Assembly: GCA_028285625.1 (NCBI GenBank)
Contig: JANQOX010000019.1
Location: 80,538-144,537 of the forward strand
DNA from: Myxococcota bacterium
GTDB taxonomy: Bacteria; Myxococcota_A; UBA9160; UBA6930
Reading direction: 5' to 3'
DNA length: 64,000 nucleotides
The notes beneath the pieces are model-generated. The model was given only the letters and a program-made list of their open reading frames with translations. It searched no databases and was not told the origin of the DNA. Both the position numbers and the translations under genes were made by a program. Position 1 is the first letter of the stretch; the number at the start of each line of letters is the position of its first letter. Below, one piece after another: positions 61,457-64,000 of this stretch.

Positions 61457-61544
61457 TCATGCTGCGGGTGCGCCCGACACGAGCGGTCATGCTGCAGGTG
61501 CGCCCGACACGAGCGGTCATGCTGCAGGTGCGCCCGACACGAGC
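61457..61544. repeat. 30-bp tandem repeat, about 3 copies, at the SCO/thiO junction
   Basis: TCATGCTGCRGGTGCGCCCGACACGAGCGG at 61457, 61487 and 61517. Confidence 0.9.
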
Positions 61545-62362
61545 CGCACCAGATCGGCCTGCAGCTCCTCGGTCGCGTGGTCCATGCCGAGGTAGCGCTT
61601 GATCACGACGCCCTCGCCGTCGATCAGGTAGGTGATGATCATGTGCTCGATCTGGTCGCCATCGGTCCCGCCCACGCCGACGCCGTAGCGCTCGAGGACG
61701 CCGGCTACGGTCTCGGCATCGCCGGTCAGGAACGACCAGCGTTCGAGGTCGATGCTGCGCGCCTCGGCGTAGGCGCGCATGGCGGGCGGGTCGTCCCGGG
61801 CCGGGTCGAGCGAGATCGAGACGAAGTGCACACGTTCGCGCACCTCGTCGGGCAGGCCGTTCAGGACCTCGACATGGGCCGCCGTCTGGATCGGGCACGG
61901 GCCGTCGCAGTTGGTGTACATGAAGTCGAGCAACAGGGCGCGGCCGCGCAGGTCGGCCAGCGCCAGGGTCGAACCGTCCTGGTCGACCAGCGCGAAGTCC
62001 GGTGCGGGCTCGTCGGCCGGCGCGGCGTTCTCGATCCCGAGCTGCGTTCCCCGGCTGCCCGATTCGCCCACCACCTGGGCGTCGATCACGCGATAGGCGC
62101 GGCCGGTGAACTGCACGCGAAACGCGACCCGTTGGCCCGGGGCCAGCCGACCCAGCAGCGCCGGGTCGGGAACGTCGAAGTTCATGGTCATCGCGGGCAT
62201 CAGGCCCTCGATGTCGTCGTGGTCGATCACCGCCTGGGCGTATTCGGCGTTCGTGCTCACGACGACGCCGGTGGCGTCGTAGATTCCCTGGGCCGGGTGT
62301 CGGTCGCTGGGCCCGCAGGCCACCGCCAGCACGAGACCCATGAGGAGGGGGAGGAAGCGCAT
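61517..62362 (-). CDS. SCO-family copper chaperone lipoprotein with N-terminal CusF-like domain
   Basis: Lipobox LAVA-C; HDDIEGLMPAMTMNF; CDGPC (CxxxC) plus His in IEH; SLDPARD. Confidence 0.85.
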   Translation of the reverse strand: MRFLPLLMGLVLAVACGPSDRHPAQGIYDATGVVVSTNAEYAQAVIDHDDIEGLMPAMTMNFDVPDPALLGRLAPGQRVAFRVQFTGRAYRVIDAQVVGESGSRGTQLGIENAAPADEPAPDFALVDQDGSTLALADLRGRALLLDFMYTNCDGPCPIQTAAHVEVLNGLPDEVRERVHFVSISLDPARDDPPAMRAYAEARSIDLERWSFLTGDAETVAGVLERYGVGVGGTDGDQIEHMIITYLIDGEGVVIKRYLGMDHATEELQADLVRLVSGAPAA

Positions 62363-62414
62363 GCCGAGATCCTAGCGATCCGACCCGGCGCGATCGTCTC
62401 CCCTGGTGTCGCGC

Positions 62415-62759
62415 CTAGAACATGCCCCAGGTGTAGTACTTGATGGCAGCGACCGCGGCGATGCCGAGCACCTGCCCGATCATGCGCCAGGCGGGGTCCT
62501 GGGTGATCGTGAGCTGCGGGCAGAGCTTGTGACGGCGCAGCGCGAGCTTGTCCATCTGCATGATGCTCGACTGTTCCCAGCTGGCGTTGCCGCGATTGCG
62601 CGCCATCTGGGCGTCGCCCGCGTAGCGAATGATCTGCTTGGTCAGCTTGATGCACTCGCCGCGGTGGGGCATCCGCGCGGGAAACGCGTCCTCGATGCTC
62701 TGCGCATGGACGCTGCTGCTCGCGAGGAGCAGACCCATGATGATGACCAGAACTCGCAC
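62415..62759 (-). CDS. Small secreted/membrane-anchored hypothetical protein
   Basis: GGGAGGGAGG RBS, GTG start, signal peptide ending VHA, two Cys, C-terminal hydrophobic helix. Confidence 0.6.
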   Translation of the reverse strand: MRVLVIIMGLLLASSSVHAQSIEDAFPARMPHRGECIKLTKQIIRYAGDAQMARNRGNASWEQSSIMQMDKLALRRHKLCPQLTITQDPAWRMIGQVLGIAAVAAIKYYTWGMF

Positions 62760-62908
62760 GGCCTCCCTCCCAGGCATGCCGATCGGCACCCTGCGTATCG
62801 GCCGACGGGCCCCGGCGCTCAAGTGATGCGTGTCACATCCCGGCCGACGGGATGGGCCCGCTTCCCCACGCCCATGACCCTCGAGCCACGAGGAGGCGTG
62901 TGGCGGGC

Positions 62909-64000
62909 CTAGAGCGCCTCTTTGACCACTCCGGCGCTGCGGTGGGCCAGGGCCATGCCGGTGAACATGGGGTTGACCGAGGTGCAGCGCGGGAAGATGC
63001 CGGTGTCGGCGAGCCACAGGTTGTCGAGGTCGTGGCAGCGGCCAAACTCGTCCACTACCCCCTGGCTCGGGTCGCCGTGCATGCGGGTCGAGCAGAACGC
63101 GTGGGTCGAAGCGTTCACGAAGTCGCCGGCGGCAAACTCGCGGGTCTGCAGGACGCGCGCCTCGTCGAGCGAGTGCATCTCTTCGGCCACGCCGTGGATG
63201 CCCGGCAAGACCTTGTGCGCGCCGGCCGCGAACAGCAGTTCGGCCAGCACCCACGACGCATGGCCGAGGACCTGCACGTCCTGGGGGTCGAAACGCCAGC
63301 GCAGCGACGGGTTCATCGAACGACCCCGCCGCGCGCGGACCTCGCCCGTGGAGTTGTGACACGAGGCGATGGCGTCGAAGATCGACGCGCGAGAGAGCTC
63401 GGCCAGGCGCCGCTTCAGGTCGTGCCCGAACCCCGGCATGCGGACGCCGAACACGCCGGGCGGCGCCCAGAGCGTCTCGAGCTTGAAGCCATCGCGCAGG
63501 TAGTGGAGCGACTGGTAGCCCTGGGTGGCACCGAAGTACGGCTGCACGGGGTCGGGAAAGACGCCGATGGTCGCGGTGCCGGGATGGAACTGGAGGTTGC
63601 GCCCGACCTGACCGGAGCCATTCGCCAGATTGCCGCTCTTCTGGAGAATCACCGGCGTCGCCATCACACCCGCCGCCAGCACGACGGCACGGGCTTCCAC
63701 CTCGAAGCGCGCGCCCGGCTTGCCCGTGAACGGCGCCACGATCTGGCCGGCCACGCCCGTCACGCGCCGTCCCTGCGCGCGCACCTCCTGCACCTGGACG
63801 GACGTGAGCACCCGGGCGCCAGCGCGAATGGCGGCCGGCACGTAGCTCAGGTCCATGGACTGCTTGGCGCGCGCGCGACAGCCGGTGAAGCACTCGCCGC
63901 TGCCCACGCAGCCGCGCACGTTGCGCGCGATGGGCTCGCTCGAGATGCCCAGGGCGTCGCAGCCCTGGCGAAACAGCAGGTTCCGGTCGCCCTGGACGTC
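62909..64000 (-). CDS. GMC-family oxidoreductase (5' part outside window)
   Basis: GCVGSGECFTGC, LAAGVMATP, GRNLQFHP, FPRCTSVNP; frame open to window edge. Confidence 0.85.
   Translation of the reverse strand, partial: DVQGDRNLLFRQGCDALGISSEPIARNVRGCVGSGECFTGCRARAKQSMDLSYVPAAIRAGARVLTSVQVQEVRAQGRRVTGVAGQIVAPFTGKPGARFEVEARAVVLAAGVMATPVILQKSGNLANGSGQVGRNLQFHPGTATIGVFPDPVQPYFGATQGYQSLHYLRDGFKLETLWAPPGVFGVRMPGFGHDLKRRLAELSRASIFDAIASCHNSTGEVRARRGRSMNPSLRWRFDPQDVQVLGHASWVLAELLFAAGAHKVLPGIHGVAEEMHSLDEARVLQTREFAAGDFVNASTHAFCSTRMHGDPSQGVVDEFGRCHDLDNLWLADTGIFPRCTSVNPMFTGMALAHRSAGVVKEAL

Noticed and set aside
61457-61544. 30-bp repeats as a CRISPR array
   Set aside because: The repeats are contiguous with no spacers, and no cas genes are present

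Overview
High-GC bacterial chromosomal window, gene-dense, with no rRNA, complete tRNA, CRISPR array, integrase or transposase that I can see. The gene content suggests a Myxococcota/deltaproteobacteria-like lipid or sterol degrader; this is inference only, from DUF1302/DUF1329, many lipoproteins, dapL, WS/DGAT, a CYP124/125-like P450 and an F420 LLM enzyme. Housekeeping genes (topB, hisS, speA, xth, dapL, ettA, thiO) are interleaved with lipid, sulfur and redox genes. Highlights: (1) an FG-GAP lipoprotein, Rhs lipoprotein and CPBP intramembrane protease locus, where the Rhs C-terminus carries a glycine zipper plus a Cys/TM/basic sorting-signal-like tail and is translationally coupled to the protease; (2) a Vibrio LuxR/HapR/SmcR-like TetR regulator between two wax-ester/TAG synthases, with two operator boxes resembling the Vibrio consensus; (3) divergent sigma-54 promoters with four palindromic UAS boxes between a CysK-glutaredoxin fusion and a ferritin-like gene; (4) a coupled operon of pentaheme NapC-like protein, monoheme Ig/Reeler-like protein and quinohemoprotein ADH; (5) a catalytic plus degenerate ferritin-like diiron pair. 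All calls come from motif recognition by eye; no searches were run. Several starts were moved from the ORF track to better-supported start codons.
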